Part shown: piece after piece, positions 9,000-18,897 of the stretch | Layout: every line of letters starts with the position of its first letter | Numbering within the stretch: position 1 is the first letter of the stretch | Assembly (NCBI GenBank): GCA_963666055.2 | Contig: CAXWPH010000015.1 | Location: 1,152,001-1,216,000, forward strand | Origin: Acidobacteriota bacterium | Lineage (GTDB): Bacteria; Acidobacteriota; UBA890; WLXD01 | Direction of reading: 5' to 3' | DNA: 64,000 bases | The notes under the pieces: model-generated | The model's database searches: none | The model's input: only the letters and a program-made list of their open reading frames with translations | Told to the model about the DNA's origin: nothing | Translations under genes and position numbers: made by a program

Positions 9000-9743
9000 T
9001 CAGTGGGTGTCGATCCACCCGGTGAACAAGACCGCCAGAGCGATGAGCGCAAAGGCGACGGAAAGCGCGCGCTGCACATTGAGCGCGCCGAAGTGTTCTT
9101 GGGTGGCGCGGGTGGACTGCAGCGCGTATCGACCGAGCATGTAGCCGACGGTGGCAGTCCAGAACACGGCCCCTGGGAAGAGGCGCGCACGCCACATCAT
9201 GACCGCGCCGAGCAGCAAAACGACCGCAAGCCCCGCCTCGAGTAGCTGGCTGGGAATGCGTCGTTGCCACCTGCCCGCCTCATCGGGGAGGTACAACGCG
9301 AGCGGCCCAGCGCTCGCTCGTCCGCAGCAACAGCCGTGCAGCAGACAGCCGATCCTCGTGAACACCATGGTGATGAGGATCGTGAAGATCGTCACGTCCC
9401 AGAACTGGCCGAAGGGGACCCGTAGTACCGCCAGCAGGGGAACGGACCCGGCGATGATCAGCGGCAGCCCGCCTAGCAACGACATGCCCCCTTCCGTTCG
9501 CCGCCAAATACGCTTCGGTTCGCTGCGGTACTGGTGCCATTCAGTAGCGACGAACAACAGGCGCGCGCCGATCAGCGCCGGGGCGATCAACAGCAGCATC
9601 ACCACCAGGACGCGCGCGCTATCGAGGCCGGCCAGGTTTGCGGCATAGTTCCCTGCGGTCATTCCAACCACCAGGCCCAGGTACAGCATGGCCGGGTAGC
9701 TGTGTATCCGGATATCACGCCAGGTGAACAGCACGCGTCGCAT
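9000..9743 (-). CDS. lgt: Prolipoprotein diacylglyceryl transferase family protein (divergent Lgt)
   Basis: HSY, GARL, GGMSLLGG, RIGCLLHGCCCG and PSQLLEA motifs in Lgt order; multiple TM helices; start taken at ATG 9743. Confidence 0.85.
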   Translation of the reverse strand: MRRVLFTWRDIRIHSYPAMLYLGLVVGMTAGNYAANLAGLDSARVLVVMLLLIAPALIGARLLFVATEWHQYRSEPKRIWRRTEGGMSLLGGLPLIIAGSVPLLAVLRVPFGQFWDVTIFTILITMVFTRIGCLLHGCCCGRASAGPLALYLPDEAGRWQRRIPSQLLEAGLAVVLLLGAVMMWRARLFPGAVFWTATVGYMLGRYALQSTRATQEHFGALNVQRALSVAFALIALAVLFTGWIDTH

Positions 9744-9778
9744 CGGCAACCTAACTAGAAAGGGCGTTGGTTCCCTTC

Positions 9779-10216
9779 TTACGAGGGTGTGACGAACATG
9801 GCGAGTCGCCAAAGTGTGGCGCCACCACCCAGGACGATGGCCAGATCTGCCAGGTTGAAAACCGGCCAGATGCGCAAGTCGATGAAGTCGACGACCGCGC
9901 CTCTGAGCGCAATGTCCATGAGGTTGCTGGCGGCGCCACCCAGGGCAGCCCCAATCCCCAGCTGCGCTGCGGGGGCTCGCAGAGCCGCGAGTTGATCGAC
10001 CAGCACCGCGATTCCCAACAGCGAGACCACCCACAGGATGCACAACATGCGCCTGCTACCAAGGAGGCCGTGCCCAAGTCGCGAATTCCGTAGCGGCCGG
10101 ATCCGTGGCGCCCACCAGGCGTCCGAGCCACAACCCGGGCCGGCTCGGCGGATTACGAGCCGCTTGCTTTGTTGGTCGAGCGCCAGCACCACGCCAGCCG
10201 CTAGTAGCCAGATCAT
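9779..10216 (-). CDS. lspA: Signal peptidase II (lipoprotein signal peptidase)
   Basis: [21 protein letters not shown] and FNLAD motifs; both catalytic Asp positions present. Confidence 0.9.
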   Translation of the reverse strand: MIWLLAAGVVLALDQQSKRLVIRRAGPGCGSDAWWAPRIRPLRNSRLGHGLLGSRRMLCILWVVSLLGIAVLVDQLAALRAPAAQLGIGAALGGAASNLMDIALRGAVVDFIDLRIWPVFNLADLAIVLGGGATLWRLAMFVTPS

Positions 10217-10335
10217 GAGTCACAATCCTCATGGTTACCGGGGCGCGCAGTCTATGGCGGTGCCTCGCGGCGCGTCAAAGGAATGGCGATCGTACGGGTG
10301 CGGTAGGCGAGGGCCGCTAGTAGTAGGCTACGCCG

Positions 10336-11625
10336 ATGCGAAACACTCCTGATCGAAATGCGCTCGTCCCACGGGTCGTCGTTCTGTTGGTTGCGTCCGC
10401 ATTGGTGCTGTCGTGCGGCGGGGCGGAGGTCCCACAACCAGGCACTGCCTGGGGACAGTTCCGCGGTCCGAACCGTGACGGCGTGGCGCCGGACTTCTCG
10501 GGGCCGGATGAATGGCCCGATGCTCCCTCGGCAGTTTGGAATACGAACGTCGGCGCTGGCTACGCGTCGCCGATAACGGACGGTACGGCGGTCTATATGC
10601 ACAGTCGCGTCGACCAGCGCGAGGTGGTCTCGGCGCTCGATTTTGCCACCGGCGACCTCGTGTGGAGTGACCAGTACGACGCTCCTACGACGAAGGCGCC
10701 GGAGTTCGCGGCGAGCGAGGGGGAGGGGCCCTATGCGACACCGGTACTGCATGAGGGTGGTCTGTATACCTTCGGAGTTCACGGCATCGCTTCGGCGTAC
10801 GACGCCGAGTCGGGTGATCTGCGCTGGCGGCGTGATTTTGGTGATCGCATCGTCGAGGTCGAACGATCCTGCGGTGCCTCGTCGTCGCCGCTGATCGTCG
10901 ACGATCGGGTCGTCCTGCAGATCGGTGACGACGACTCCGGCGAGGTGCTTGCGTTGAGCCTCGAGAGCGGCGAGACGGTGTGGGCCTGGACCGGCCCTGC
11001 GGCGGGCAATGCTTCGCCGGTGCTGGCGACGATCGACAGCGTTCGGCAGATCATCACGATGACCGATGAGGCTGCTGTGGCGTTCGACGCGGCCGATGGC
11101 AAGCTCCTCTGGAGGCACCCCTTGCAGGGGGTGCCGGGATCGTGCTCGACGAACATCCCGTCGCCCGTCGTCGCTGAGCAGGTGGTGATCATTGCCGGGA
11201 TCCAGCACGGGACGGAGGCCGTCGCACCGATGAACGGCGCCGGCGGCTGGACAGTGGACACCGTATGGAAGAACGACGAGATCAAGCCCTTCTGGAGTAA
11301 CTTCGTGCTCGAGGGCGCCGAGCTGTTCGGTGTTTCCGGCCAGCGGAAGGGTCAGCTGTTCGCACTCGACCCAGCTACCGGGGAAGCACTTTGGACGACC
11401 GACGGGCGTGCGGGCGAAAATGGCTCGGTGCTGGCGGCCGGCGACTACGTCTTCTTCGTCATGAACGAGGGGGACCTCCACGTTGCGCGCCGCACGAGGC
11501 CGGGCCTCGAGCTCATCGCCGAGTACACCATTGCCGACGCCGCGGTCTGGGCTTACCCGCTTATCCACGACGGCGACCTGCTGGTGAAGGCCGGCGACAC
11601 GCTGACACGCTGGTCGTTCGACTAG
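10336..11625 (+). CDS. PQQ-binding-like (BamB-type) beta-propeller lipoprotein
   Basis: LVLSC lipobox, WGQFRGPNRDG, repeated A.D..TG...W and SSP motifs. Confidence 0.85.
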   Translation: MRNTPDRNALVPRVVVLLVASALVLSCGGAEVPQPGTAWGQFRGPNRDGVAPDFSGPDEWPDAPSAVWNTNVGAGYASPITDGTAVYMHSRVDQREVVSALDFATGDLVWSDQYDAPTTKAPEFAASEGEGPYATPVLHEGGLYTFGVHGIASAYDAESGDLRWRRDFGDRIVEVERSCGASSSPLIVDDRVVLQIGDDDSGEVLALSLESGETVWAWTGPAAGNASPVLATIDSVRQIITMTDEAAVAFDAADGKLLWRHPLQGVPGSCSTNIPSPVVAEQVVIIAGIQHGTEAVAPMNGAGGWTVDTVWKNDEIKPFWSNFVLEGAELFGVSGQRKGQLFALDPATGEALWTTDGRAGENGSVLAAGDYVFFVMNEGDLHVARRTRPGLELIAEYTIADAAVWAYPLIHDGDLLVKAGDTLTRWSFD

Positions 11626-11643
11626 CGGCTCGCGATCGTCGCC

Positions 11644-12354
11644 TCAGCCGCCGGCGCGCTCGAGGGATTCCTGCAACCAATCGGATCCGGCCTTCGACCC
11701 CACGGCGCGGGCGAGGAACCCCGTTGCGTTGGCTACCGCGAAGCTGATGCCGCGCACATTGCGCTCTGGGGGCACCCCGGGGATCGGCCGTGGTAGCGGC
11801 GACGCCCGCAGCGTCAGGCCGGCGCCGGGCGCAGCACTGTCTACGATGATCTCGTCGCGGGCACACTCAGCGTCGGCGACGACGCCGACGACCTCGGGCA
11901 GGCTTCCCGGCCACCAGCGCACGGCGCGGTGACTCCGTGCGGAGACCACCAGCAGGCCTGCGTCGCGAGCCCGGAGCACGGCGCCGCGCAGCAGCTCGGC
12001 ATGCTCGCGACGGGGCGTGCCGAGGCTGAGGTTGGCGATCTGCAGGCGTTGCGTTGCGGCCCAGTCGATGGCGCGGGCCAGGTTGGCGGCGCTGGTCGAC
12101 AACGAGGTCTCGAACACCTTCACAACGTGCAGCTCCGCACCGGGCGCCTTTTCCTGGATTGCCGCCGCCACGGCGGTTCCGTGGCCGAGTCGGTCGAGCA
12201 CGTCATCGTGTTCGACGCCGCCTGGGTCAATCGCCACACCGGACGCATACGCTCTGATATGTGGGTTGTCGGTGTTGATGCCGCTGTCGATGATCGCTAC
12301 TCGGACACCGTCTCCGTTGCTGTCAAACGGAGGCTCGTCGAGGCGCCACCTCAC
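11644..12354 (-). CDS. qhpE: Subtilisin-like S8 protease, QHNDH gamma-subunit leader peptidase
   Basis: IIDSG, HGTAVA and GISFA triad motifs; short 236-aa form; GTGA overlap with qhpF. Confidence 0.85.
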   Translation of the reverse strand: MRWRLDEPPFDSNGDGVRVAIIDSGINTDNPHIRAYASGVAIDPGGVEHDDVLDRLGHGTAVAAAIQEKAPGAELHVVKVFETSLSTSAANLARAIDWAATQRLQIANLSLGTPRREHAELLRGAVLRARDAGLLVVSARSHRAVRWWPGSLPEVVGVVADAECARDEIIVDSAAPGAGLTLRASPLPRPIPGVPPERNVRGISFAVANATGFLARAVGSKAGSDWLQESLERAGG

Positions 12355-14147
12355 GTGAGAGAGCGGTCTTGCGGGGGCGCCGCATCGTCGACCGGCTTGG
12401 CGGCCGACCGTTCGACGTCGGTTCCGAACAGTGCCGAGAACGCCCCTGCTCTTGCGGCCAGGGTCTCGGGTGCACCCTGTTCGACGATACGCGCGCCGTC
12501 CACTACCACCACACGGTCTGCACGGCGGGCCATCTCGTAGCGGTGCGAGATCAGCAGTGTGGTACGTCCGCGCATGATCGCCTCGTAGCTGTCGATGACG
12601 TGCCGCTCCGATACTGGATCGAGCGATGCGGTGGCCTCGTCCAGCACCAGCACCGCCGGATCGGCGAGAAACGCGCGAGCGATGGCAATGCGCTGACGCT
12701 CGCCGGCCGATATGGCCGTGCCGCGCTCACCGACCACTGTGTCGTAGCCGTCGGGTAGGCCGTCGATAAACGCCGCGATGCCCGCTGATCGAGCCGCGTC
12801 GCGCACCTGATCGTCGCTGGCGTCGGGCCGCGCGTAGCGGATGTTCTCCGCGATGGAGGTGTTGAACAGGAACGGCTCCTGCTCCACCGCCACGACGTGG
12901 CGGCGCACGTCGTCGAGACGAAGATCGCGTAGCCGGTGGCCATCGAGGCGCACGTCTCCCTCATCAGGGTCGAGATGGCGCAGCAGCAGGTCGACGACGG
13001 TCGACTTGCCACCGCCGCTCGGTCCGACGATGGCGACCACCTCGCCGGGCCTCACCGACAGCGTCACGTCGTCGAGCACCGCGCCACCACGGTCGAACGT
13101 GAAGCTCACCCCTTCGAGCTCGACCTCACCGCGCGCCTCACGTAGAGCAATGGCGTCCTCACGCTCGGTCACCTCGATCGGCGTGTCGAGAATCTCGTGC
13201 ACGCGACCCAGCGATACCCGCGCCGTCGCCAGGTTCGTGTACAAGCCCATCAAGCCCTGCACCGGCGAGAGCAGCCGCGTTTGATAGGCCATGAACGCGA
13301 CCAGATCTCCCATCGTGATGGCGCCGGCGATAACCCGGCTGCCCCCATACAGGAAGACGACCGCAGTGCCGGCGGAGAGGATCAGCCCGGGCAGGCCGCC
13401 GGCCAGGTAGCTGAGTCGCCGCATGCCCATGAGCGCCTCGATGAAGGCATCGTTCTTGCCACGGAACCGACCCTCTTCCCGCAACTGTGCGTTGGACGAG
13501 ACGATGAGCTTCATGCCTTGCAGCGTCTCGATCAGAAAGCTGCCGATGTCGGCGCTGCGCTCGCGCATCGTCAGTACCCTCGACTCGAGCCGCCGGCGAT
13601 AGTAGACCAGCGCCACCATGCTGATCGGCATCAGGATCACGCTCACCGCGAACAGCCGCGCGTCGAGCCAGATCATCACCGCCACGGTGCCAACGAGAAA
13701 CAGGATGTTGCCAACCCAGGCGAGTGCCGTTTCGGCGGCGATGCGCTGGATCTCACCGATATCGTTGTTGATACGCGACACGACGTCACCGAGCTTGGCA
13801 TGGGCGTAGAAGCGTGGTGACAGCCGCTGCATGTGGCGGTACAGATCGAGCCGCATGTCGAAGAGGATCTCGGCCGACACGCGTGTGTAGCGCAGTCCAC
13901 TGACCACGTTGATCGCGAAGCCCAGCAACGTGGCGATGCCGAACAGCGCGATGATGCGCACCAGCGCGCCCATGTTCTGTCCCAGGAGGGCGTTGTCGAC
14001 GAGGTCTTTAGACAGGTAGGGCACATAGAGCGACACCAGCGTGCTGGCGAAGCTGAGCACGATGACCAGAACCAGGCGATGCCAGTACGGCACCACGTAG
14101 GCCAACGCCCAACGGAGCTCGCCGCGGCGCGGCACCCGGGCGGTCAT
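12351..14147 (-). CDS. qhpF: ABC exporter (fused TMD-NBD) of the qhp cluster
   Basis: N-terminal TM domain; Walker A GPSGGGKST, signature ISAGERQR, Walker B LVLDEAT; cluster position. Confidence 0.85.
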   Translation of the reverse strand: MTARVPRRGELRWALAYVVPYWHRLVLVIVLSFASTLVSLYVPYLSKDLVDNALLGQNMGALVRIIALFGIATLLGFAINVVSGLRYTRVSAEILFDMRLDLYRHMQRLSPRFYAHAKLGDVVSRINNDIGEIQRIAAETALAWVGNILFLVGTVAVMIWLDARLFAVSVILMPISMVALVYYRRRLESRVLTMRERSADIGSFLIETLQGMKLIVSSNAQLREEGRFRGKNDAFIEALMGMRRLSYLAGGLPGLILSAGTAVVFLYGGSRVIAGAITMGDLVAFMAYQTRLLSPVQGLMGLYTNLATARVSLGRVHEILDTPIEVTEREDAIALREARGEVELEGVSFTFDRGGAVLDDVTLSVRPGEVVAIVGPSGGGKSTVVDLLLRHLDPDEGDVRLDGHRLRDLRLDDVRRHVVAVEQEPFLFNTSIAENIRYARPDASDDQVRDAARSAGIAAFIDGLPDGYDTVVGERGTAISAGERQRIAIARAFLADPAVLVLDEATASLDPVSERHVIDSYEAIMRGRTTLLISHRYEMARRADRVVVVDGARIVEQGAPETLAARAGAFSALFGTDVERSAAKPVDDAAPPQDRSLT

Positions 14148-14163
14148 GTCGAGGAGGCTGCTC

Positions 14164-15306
14164 TCAGGGGCGCCCGGAATCTGTTGCTGGAACCACGATC
14201 AGATCGGTGGTGGTATCGCCGTCTAGCGTCAGCGTACGCTGGTAGCGGTAGTCGGCGGCGCTGTAGATATCGACCGTGTTGCCGGCGTTGAATACGTATA
14301 GCAACTTGCCGTTCGAGCTCGGCATGACGCGCATGCGCGGACGCCCCTCAAAGGTCTGGCGGCTCTCTACTCGCCGACCTTCCAGGTCGAAGGTCCAGAA
14401 CTCGTAGTGGCCGATGCTCTGGAACAGGCCGTACGCCTTCTTGCCATCCGGGGCAAGCGAGAAGCTCACCCCCATGGACGGGCCAAGCGTGTAGTAGTCG
14501 ACGCTCTTGTCCGGCAGGTTGACCCGTGCCACCCCCATCAGACGCCTTCCGTTGATCGGATCGGTGGTGCGGAACAGCCCCGTGAAGAACCCGGGCTCGT
14601 CGTAGATGTTGGGGCTGATACCGAAGTTCAGCGCCCCCATCCCCGACTCCATCGGACGGGAGATCTCCCACGTGTCGACTTCCTCGAAGCTCTCGGTCTC
14701 GAGGATCGTCACCTCCTCGGTCATGATGTACAGCAGGTCGCCGTCGGGCGAGAACATCATCTGGCTGAACTCGCGTTCCACGCCGCCCGGCCAGGGGATA
14801 TCGCGCATGACCTCGCGCGTCTCGAGGTTGTACTGCTGCAACACCGGCGGTCCGATCTCGAAGCGATCAATGAGCTTCGTATCCGTGCTGGTGTGCAGAA
14901 TGAGGTACTCCTCGCTGGGATGGATGGCGACTCGCCAGATCCGCACCTTCGAGTTGTCGTGGCTCAGCGAGTGGACGTCGATGGACTCACGGCTGGCGAC
15001 ATCGAAGATCTCGATGTACTCGAAGTCCGCGCTGGTGGAATAGAGCCGCTGGCGATCGCGCGTCAGCTGCAGGTTACGAGGGATCCCCGCGGTGGCCTCG
15101 ATGCGGTCGACGACCGCCATCGTGGCCTCGTCGATGACCATGATGGCGTGTTCGTAGGTGCCGACGTACATCGTCGCGTTGCCGCCGCTGGGGTGCTGCT
15201 GCGCTGTCGCGCCGCCCAGCAAGAGGCCCAGAACACACAACGTGACGGCGCTCGACAAGACCACCCGCCGGCCAGCGCCGGCTGCGAAGACCCGCGTCGA
15301 GCTCAC
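14164..15306 (-). CDS. qhpB: Quinohemoprotein amine dehydrogenase beta subunit (beta-propeller)
   Basis: GTG 15306 overlaps the qhpC stop (GTGA); signal-like N-terminus; YVTN/WD-like repeats (FSPDGDLLY, LAPDGKKAY, SSNGKLLY); position after qhpC. Confidence 0.8.
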   Translation of the reverse strand: MSSTRVFAAGAGRRVVLSSAVTLCVLGLLLGGATAQQHPSGGNATMYVGTYEHAIMVIDEATMAVVDRIEATAGIPRNLQLTRDRQRLYSTSADFEYIEIFDVASRESIDVHSLSHDNSKVRIWRVAIHPSEEYLILHTSTDTKLIDRFEIGPPVLQQYNLETREVMRDIPWPGGVEREFSQMMFSPDGDLLYIMTEEVTILETESFEEVDTWEISRPMESGMGALNFGISPNIYDEPGFFTGLFRTTDPINGRRLMGVARVNLPDKSVDYYTLGPSMGVSFSLAPDGKKAYGLFQSIGHYEFWTFDLEGRRVESRQTFEGRPRMRVMPSSNGKLLYVFNAGNTVDIYSAADYRYQRTLTLDGDTTTDLIVVPATDSGRP

Positions 15307-15650
15307 GGGAAGATCAGGTCGATCTTGCGCCAATCCTTCTGTGCCGCGGCGCAGGTCTTTGTCCAATCGGGCGTGTAGTTGAGCTGGTCGGGTACCTGTG
15401 CCGGCCAGAAGCAGCCCAGGTAGCAATCGAACAGGTCGCGCTCCACTGGCGAACAAAGGCCCGCGGTCCCGCCGCTGCTGTCGACTTCCCAACCGGGCTG
15501 GAACACCAGCGAGCAGCCGAGCGGAATGTGTGGCTCGTCGGGTTGCTGCGGGACAGCTTGCCCTTGCGGGTCGCTCAAGGCCACCACATCGCGTGCCAGG
15601 TGCTGCTCGATGCGCCCGGCCTTCATGTTGACTGGCTTCAGGTGCTTCAT
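15303..15650 (-). CDS. qhpC: Quinohemoprotein amine dehydrogenase gamma subunit (CTQ precursor)
   Basis: Leader MKHLKPVN.KA...DVVA; core GC....PGWEVD...LC.P.E.DL..C...C.WPAQV.D...DWRK with the canonical cross-link spacing. Confidence 0.95.
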   Translation of the reverse strand: MKHLKPVNMKAGRIEQHLARDVVALSDPQGQAVPQQPDEPHIPLGCSLVFQPGWEVDSSGGTAGLCSPVERDLFDCYLGCFWPAQVPDQLNYTPDWTKTCAAAQKDWRKIDLIFP

Positions 15651-17098
15651 TGGTCCCTACCTTCGAAGATAGCGAGGTAGCCAGGATTGTGCTCGGCTAT
15701 TTCACCATAGACGCGCAAACAGGTGTCGGTCCAGGCGCGGATCCAGTCGCAATAGTGGAGGTTCGGTCCGCGGGTAGTCCCGTAGCGGGTGTGCGCCTCG
15801 TGGTAACAGCCCCCGGCGCATAGGGGTCGTGCCCAGCATTTCTGGCAATCGGTCTTGTCGTCGACGTGATGAGTCTCGAGGAAGTGCAGCTGCTGGCTGC
15901 GATCGATGCCGTCCTCGACGGTGCCGAGCTTGTGCTCATCGGATCCCGCGAAACGGTGGCAGAGCGCGACGTCGCCGCCGGTAGCCACGCCGAGCAGCCC
16001 GAGCCCGGCGCCACAGGGATAGGCCTTGCTTATGCCTTTGTGGATTTCCTCGATGGTGTCCTTGACGTTCGAGAAGCCGTGATGACGGTTCTCGAGCGCT
16101 GCCTCGAGAAACTCCTCGGCGAGCTCGTCGAAGCCTGAGAGCATGGTGTCGAAGCCGTTGTTACCGATCGCCCAGTCGCGACCCCATGACGTGGTGACGG
16201 GGGCGAATCCGACTTCCCTGAAGCCGATATCGTCGCGCAGGTGATGGTAGATACGCTTCACGTCCAGGTTGTTCTTGGTCAGCGTGACCCTGGCACCGAT
16301 CGGCCGCGTCGTATGGCGCTTCAGCAGCTCACGCACCTTGGGAACGATGATGTCGTAGGTACCGCCGCCCCCCTTGAAGACGCGAAGCTCGTCCTGCATC
16401 TCCTTGGGCCCGTCGATCGACACGGTGACACCGATCTCGTTTTCGGTGAGCCACTCGATAATGTCGGGTCGCAACAGGGTGGCGTTGGTGGTGAGGCTGA
16501 ACTCGATGCCCTTGCCGAGCTGCTCGGCGCGCTGGCGCGCGTAGCCAACTGTCTTCTTCAAGACGGGGAAGTTCATCAGCGTCTCACCGCCGAAGAACGT
16601 CAGGTGTACGGTCTCGATCTCGGCCGATTCCTCCAGCATGAAGTCGACGCTCTGTTGTGCCGTCTCCTCGCTCATGAACTTGGGCTGGCGACCGTTCTCG
16701 GTGTCGACGATCTTGTCGTCGCTGTACTCGTAGCAGTAGCCGCAGCTCAGATTGCACTGGTTGGTGACGTTCAGGACCAGCGTGGTCAGCGGGAACGGTG
16801 TCGGCGGCATCTGCTTGGGTAGCGGCTGCGGTGCGGCGCCGGCCTCGCCGACGGCGCGCACTTGCATGAGCTCGTTGACGCTGTGGTAGACGGCTTCCGG
16901 GTCGAAGCGCTCGGCGAGCTGGTCGACCAGCTCGGACGCCGCCATCGGCTTTTCGTCGAGACGCTCGAGGACCGCCGCTGACGTCTCGTCGAGACCGAAT
17001 ACCGCGGCACTGGGAACCATGTAGAGGAACTGCCGGCCGGCCGCCTCGAAGGCGTGGTACTCGCCCACCGACAGCGCTACTTCCGTACGCATGTTCAT
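15647..17098 (-). CDS. qhpD: Radical SAM/SPASM thioether-forming QHNDH maturase
   Basis: CNLSCGYC, FFGGETL, PCGAG, CHRF and CQKCWARPLCAGGCYH; ATGA overlaps with qhpA and qhpC. Confidence 0.95.
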   Translation of the reverse strand: MNMRTEVALSVGEYHAFEAAGRQFLYMVPSAAVFGLDETSAAVLERLDEKPMAASELVDQLAERFDPEAVYHSVNELMQVRAVGEAGAAPQPLPKQMPPTPFPLTTLVLNVTNQCNLSCGYCYEYSDDKIVDTENGRQPKFMSEETAQQSVDFMLEESAEIETVHLTFFGGETLMNFPVLKKTVGYARQRAEQLGKGIEFSLTTNATLLRPDIIEWLTENEIGVTVSIDGPKEMQDELRVFKGGGGTYDIIVPKVRELLKRHTTRPIGARVTLTKNNLDVKRIYHHLRDDIGFREVGFAPVTTSWGRDWAIGNNGFDTMLSGFDELAEEFLEAALENRHHGFSNVKDTIEEIHKGISKAYPCGAGLGLLGVATGGDVALCHRFAGSDEHKLGTVEDGIDRSQQLHFLETHHVDDKTDCQKCWARPLCAGGCYHEAHTRYGTTRGPNLHYCDWIRAWTDTCLRVYGEIAEHNPGYLAIFEGRDQ

Positions 17099-18840
17099 TC
17101 GCCTGCCTCCCATCCTCTCCAGTTGAGATAAAGCGGCACGGTCACCACAAGGTGCGATCGGCCGCGTAGCGGGTGCTCTTGTCCAATCTCGTCGTAGGCG
17201 GCCACCACCCAGACGTCGCCGATGTTATTGCGGTTGCCGACGCGCTCAGGGTTCGGTCCGTCGACCGCGGGGGTGAAGAGCCCATTGTCGTCGAGAGTAC
17301 CGACATACTCCAGGTCCTCGTCGTTGAACGTCGCGGCGTACTCCTCGAGGCTCCAGTCCACCTCGACGACGCCCAGGTCGAGGTCGTCTGCTGTTCCGGG
17401 CTCACCGTCGGGCCCGTTGGAAGTGCCGAAGGCCTCGAACTGCGCCAGTTGCTTGGGCGCGACCTCGCCGCCGAGACGCGCCATGCCCCATTCGGGCGAG
17501 ACGCGGATGGAGTCGACCTGTTCGTACACCACCAGGCCTTCCGGTCGGCTTATGTCGCGCACGAAGACATCGCGCAACCCGACCGCAGCGTCGTCGGCAG
17601 CGCTGGCGCGAACGCGAATCGCGCTGTCGCTCGCCTCGATTACCTCGGTGACCTCGACCCCTGGGCCGAGATCGATATCCGCTGTGGTCACATCGGCCGG
17701 CAGATTGGCGCCGAAGATCGTTACTTCGCTGGACCCACCGTCGCTGCGGAGCGCTACTGGGTAGACGCCCGCGATCAACGGAACGTCAGCACGGTACAGC
17801 GTCACGTCGATGCCGATCTCGTCGTACGCGCCGGTGAACCAGCGGCCTTCCATCGTGCGCCAGTCGCGCTCGACGAACATCACCTCACGTAGAGATCCCA
17901 TGAGGTTGCCTTCAGTGCTCGAGCGGCCGCGCCACTGGAAGCCGGTATAGACGATGGCCCGGCCGCTGCGTCGCCTGGTGATCCCGGTGCGCGGGTTGGT
18001 GAGCGCTGCCTCGGTGCGGAACTGGCTGTCGCTGTCGTTCACCGCGCTGATCTCGACCGTGCCATAGACCGGACCATGACCCGGCGAATGGCCGGCAACC
18101 GCCCAGCGGCCGGCGAGACGCGCCGGTCGACGGTTCGCCGACCATGCCGACCACTCGGGAGTGTCGAGCGGGAAGGCCTCGGAGAGGTGCGCGATCGCCT
18201 TGTCCATCGGATGTCCGGAGTCGGCGTCGTCTGCGGCGGGGCCAGATCGCTGCGTACGCCGGAACGCTTGAAAGTCAACGTACGGGAAGTAGCCGCGGTG
18301 CATGGCGATAAGCAGCCCCCACTCGTCCTTGGTGCGGCGCTCGGTGATCACCCGGCCCATCGAATGGCATTGGATGCAGGTCGTCTCGGTGTCGTCGTCG
18401 GCGGTGTAGTCGTGGTCGATCAGCCGCCGCTCAGCCTCGAAGGCGCCCGGCTTGGCCTCCTCGGGAGCCAGCCCGTGGTTGTCGGACAGGTAGCGCACGA
18501 TGTCGCGGGCCATGGCGGGATCGAGCTCGACCCCGTTGAGCATCACCATACGTCGCAGCGTCTGTTGCCATCCTTCAGGTGACTTACGGATGTAGGAGAT
18601 CCGCGTCATATGCCCGTCGTCGTCGACGGCGTGACAAGAGGCGCAGTTGGACACGGTAGCTTCGTCGGTGACCGGGATACCGGCGGCCTTCGAATCGTCG
18701 TCAGAGTCGTTCGAGGTGCCTTCCGACTGCAGTAGTGCGGCGCTCGAGAACGGCGGGGCGGCAAACCCCAGGCTCATGACGACGACAAGCGAAGCCAACA
18801 GGCGGATTCGCGCCGGCGGAAAAACTATTCCTCTGATCAT
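17095..18840 (-). CDS. qhpA: Quinohemoprotein amine dehydrogenase alpha subunit (diheme c)
   Basis: Signal peptide; CASCH and CIQCH heme motifs; RISYIRKSPEGW and GPNPER..NN.G conserved segments. Confidence 0.95.
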   Translation of the reverse strand: MIRGIVFPPARIRLLASLVVVMSLGFAAPPFSSAALLQSEGTSNDSDDDSKAAGIPVTDEATVSNCASCHAVDDDGHMTRISYIRKSPEGWQQTLRRMVMLNGVELDPAMARDIVRYLSDNHGLAPEEAKPGAFEAERRLIDHDYTADDDTETTCIQCHSMGRVITERRTKDEWGLLIAMHRGYFPYVDFQAFRRTQRSGPAADDADSGHPMDKAIAHLSEAFPLDTPEWSAWSANRRPARLAGRWAVAGHSPGHGPVYGTVEISAVNDSDSQFRTEAALTNPRTGITRRRSGRAIVYTGFQWRGRSSTEGNLMGSLREVMFVERDWRTMEGRWFTGAYDEIGIDVTLYRADVPLIAGVYPVALRSDGGSSEVTIFGANLPADVTTADIDLGPGVEVTEVIEASDSAIRVRASAADDAAVGLRDVFVRDISRPEGLVVYEQVDSIRVSPEWGMARLGGEVAPKQLAQFEAFGTSNGPDGEPGTADDLDLGVVEVDWSLEEYAATFNDEDLEYVGTLDDNGLFTPAVDGPNPERVGNRNNIGDVWVVAAYDEIGQEHPLRGRSHLVVTVPLYLNWRGWEAGE

Positions 18841-18897
18841 CGAGTCCTCAGGCAGGAGGGCGAAGGTCAGGCGGGAGCGGCTGCCCGGAAGTTTCTA

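Noticed and set aside
15303-17098. Novel RiPP (ranthipeptide/sactipeptide) cluster
   Set aside because: Peptide, radical SAM enzyme, protease and exporter are explained by the known QHNDH pathway, with qhpA and qhpB present.
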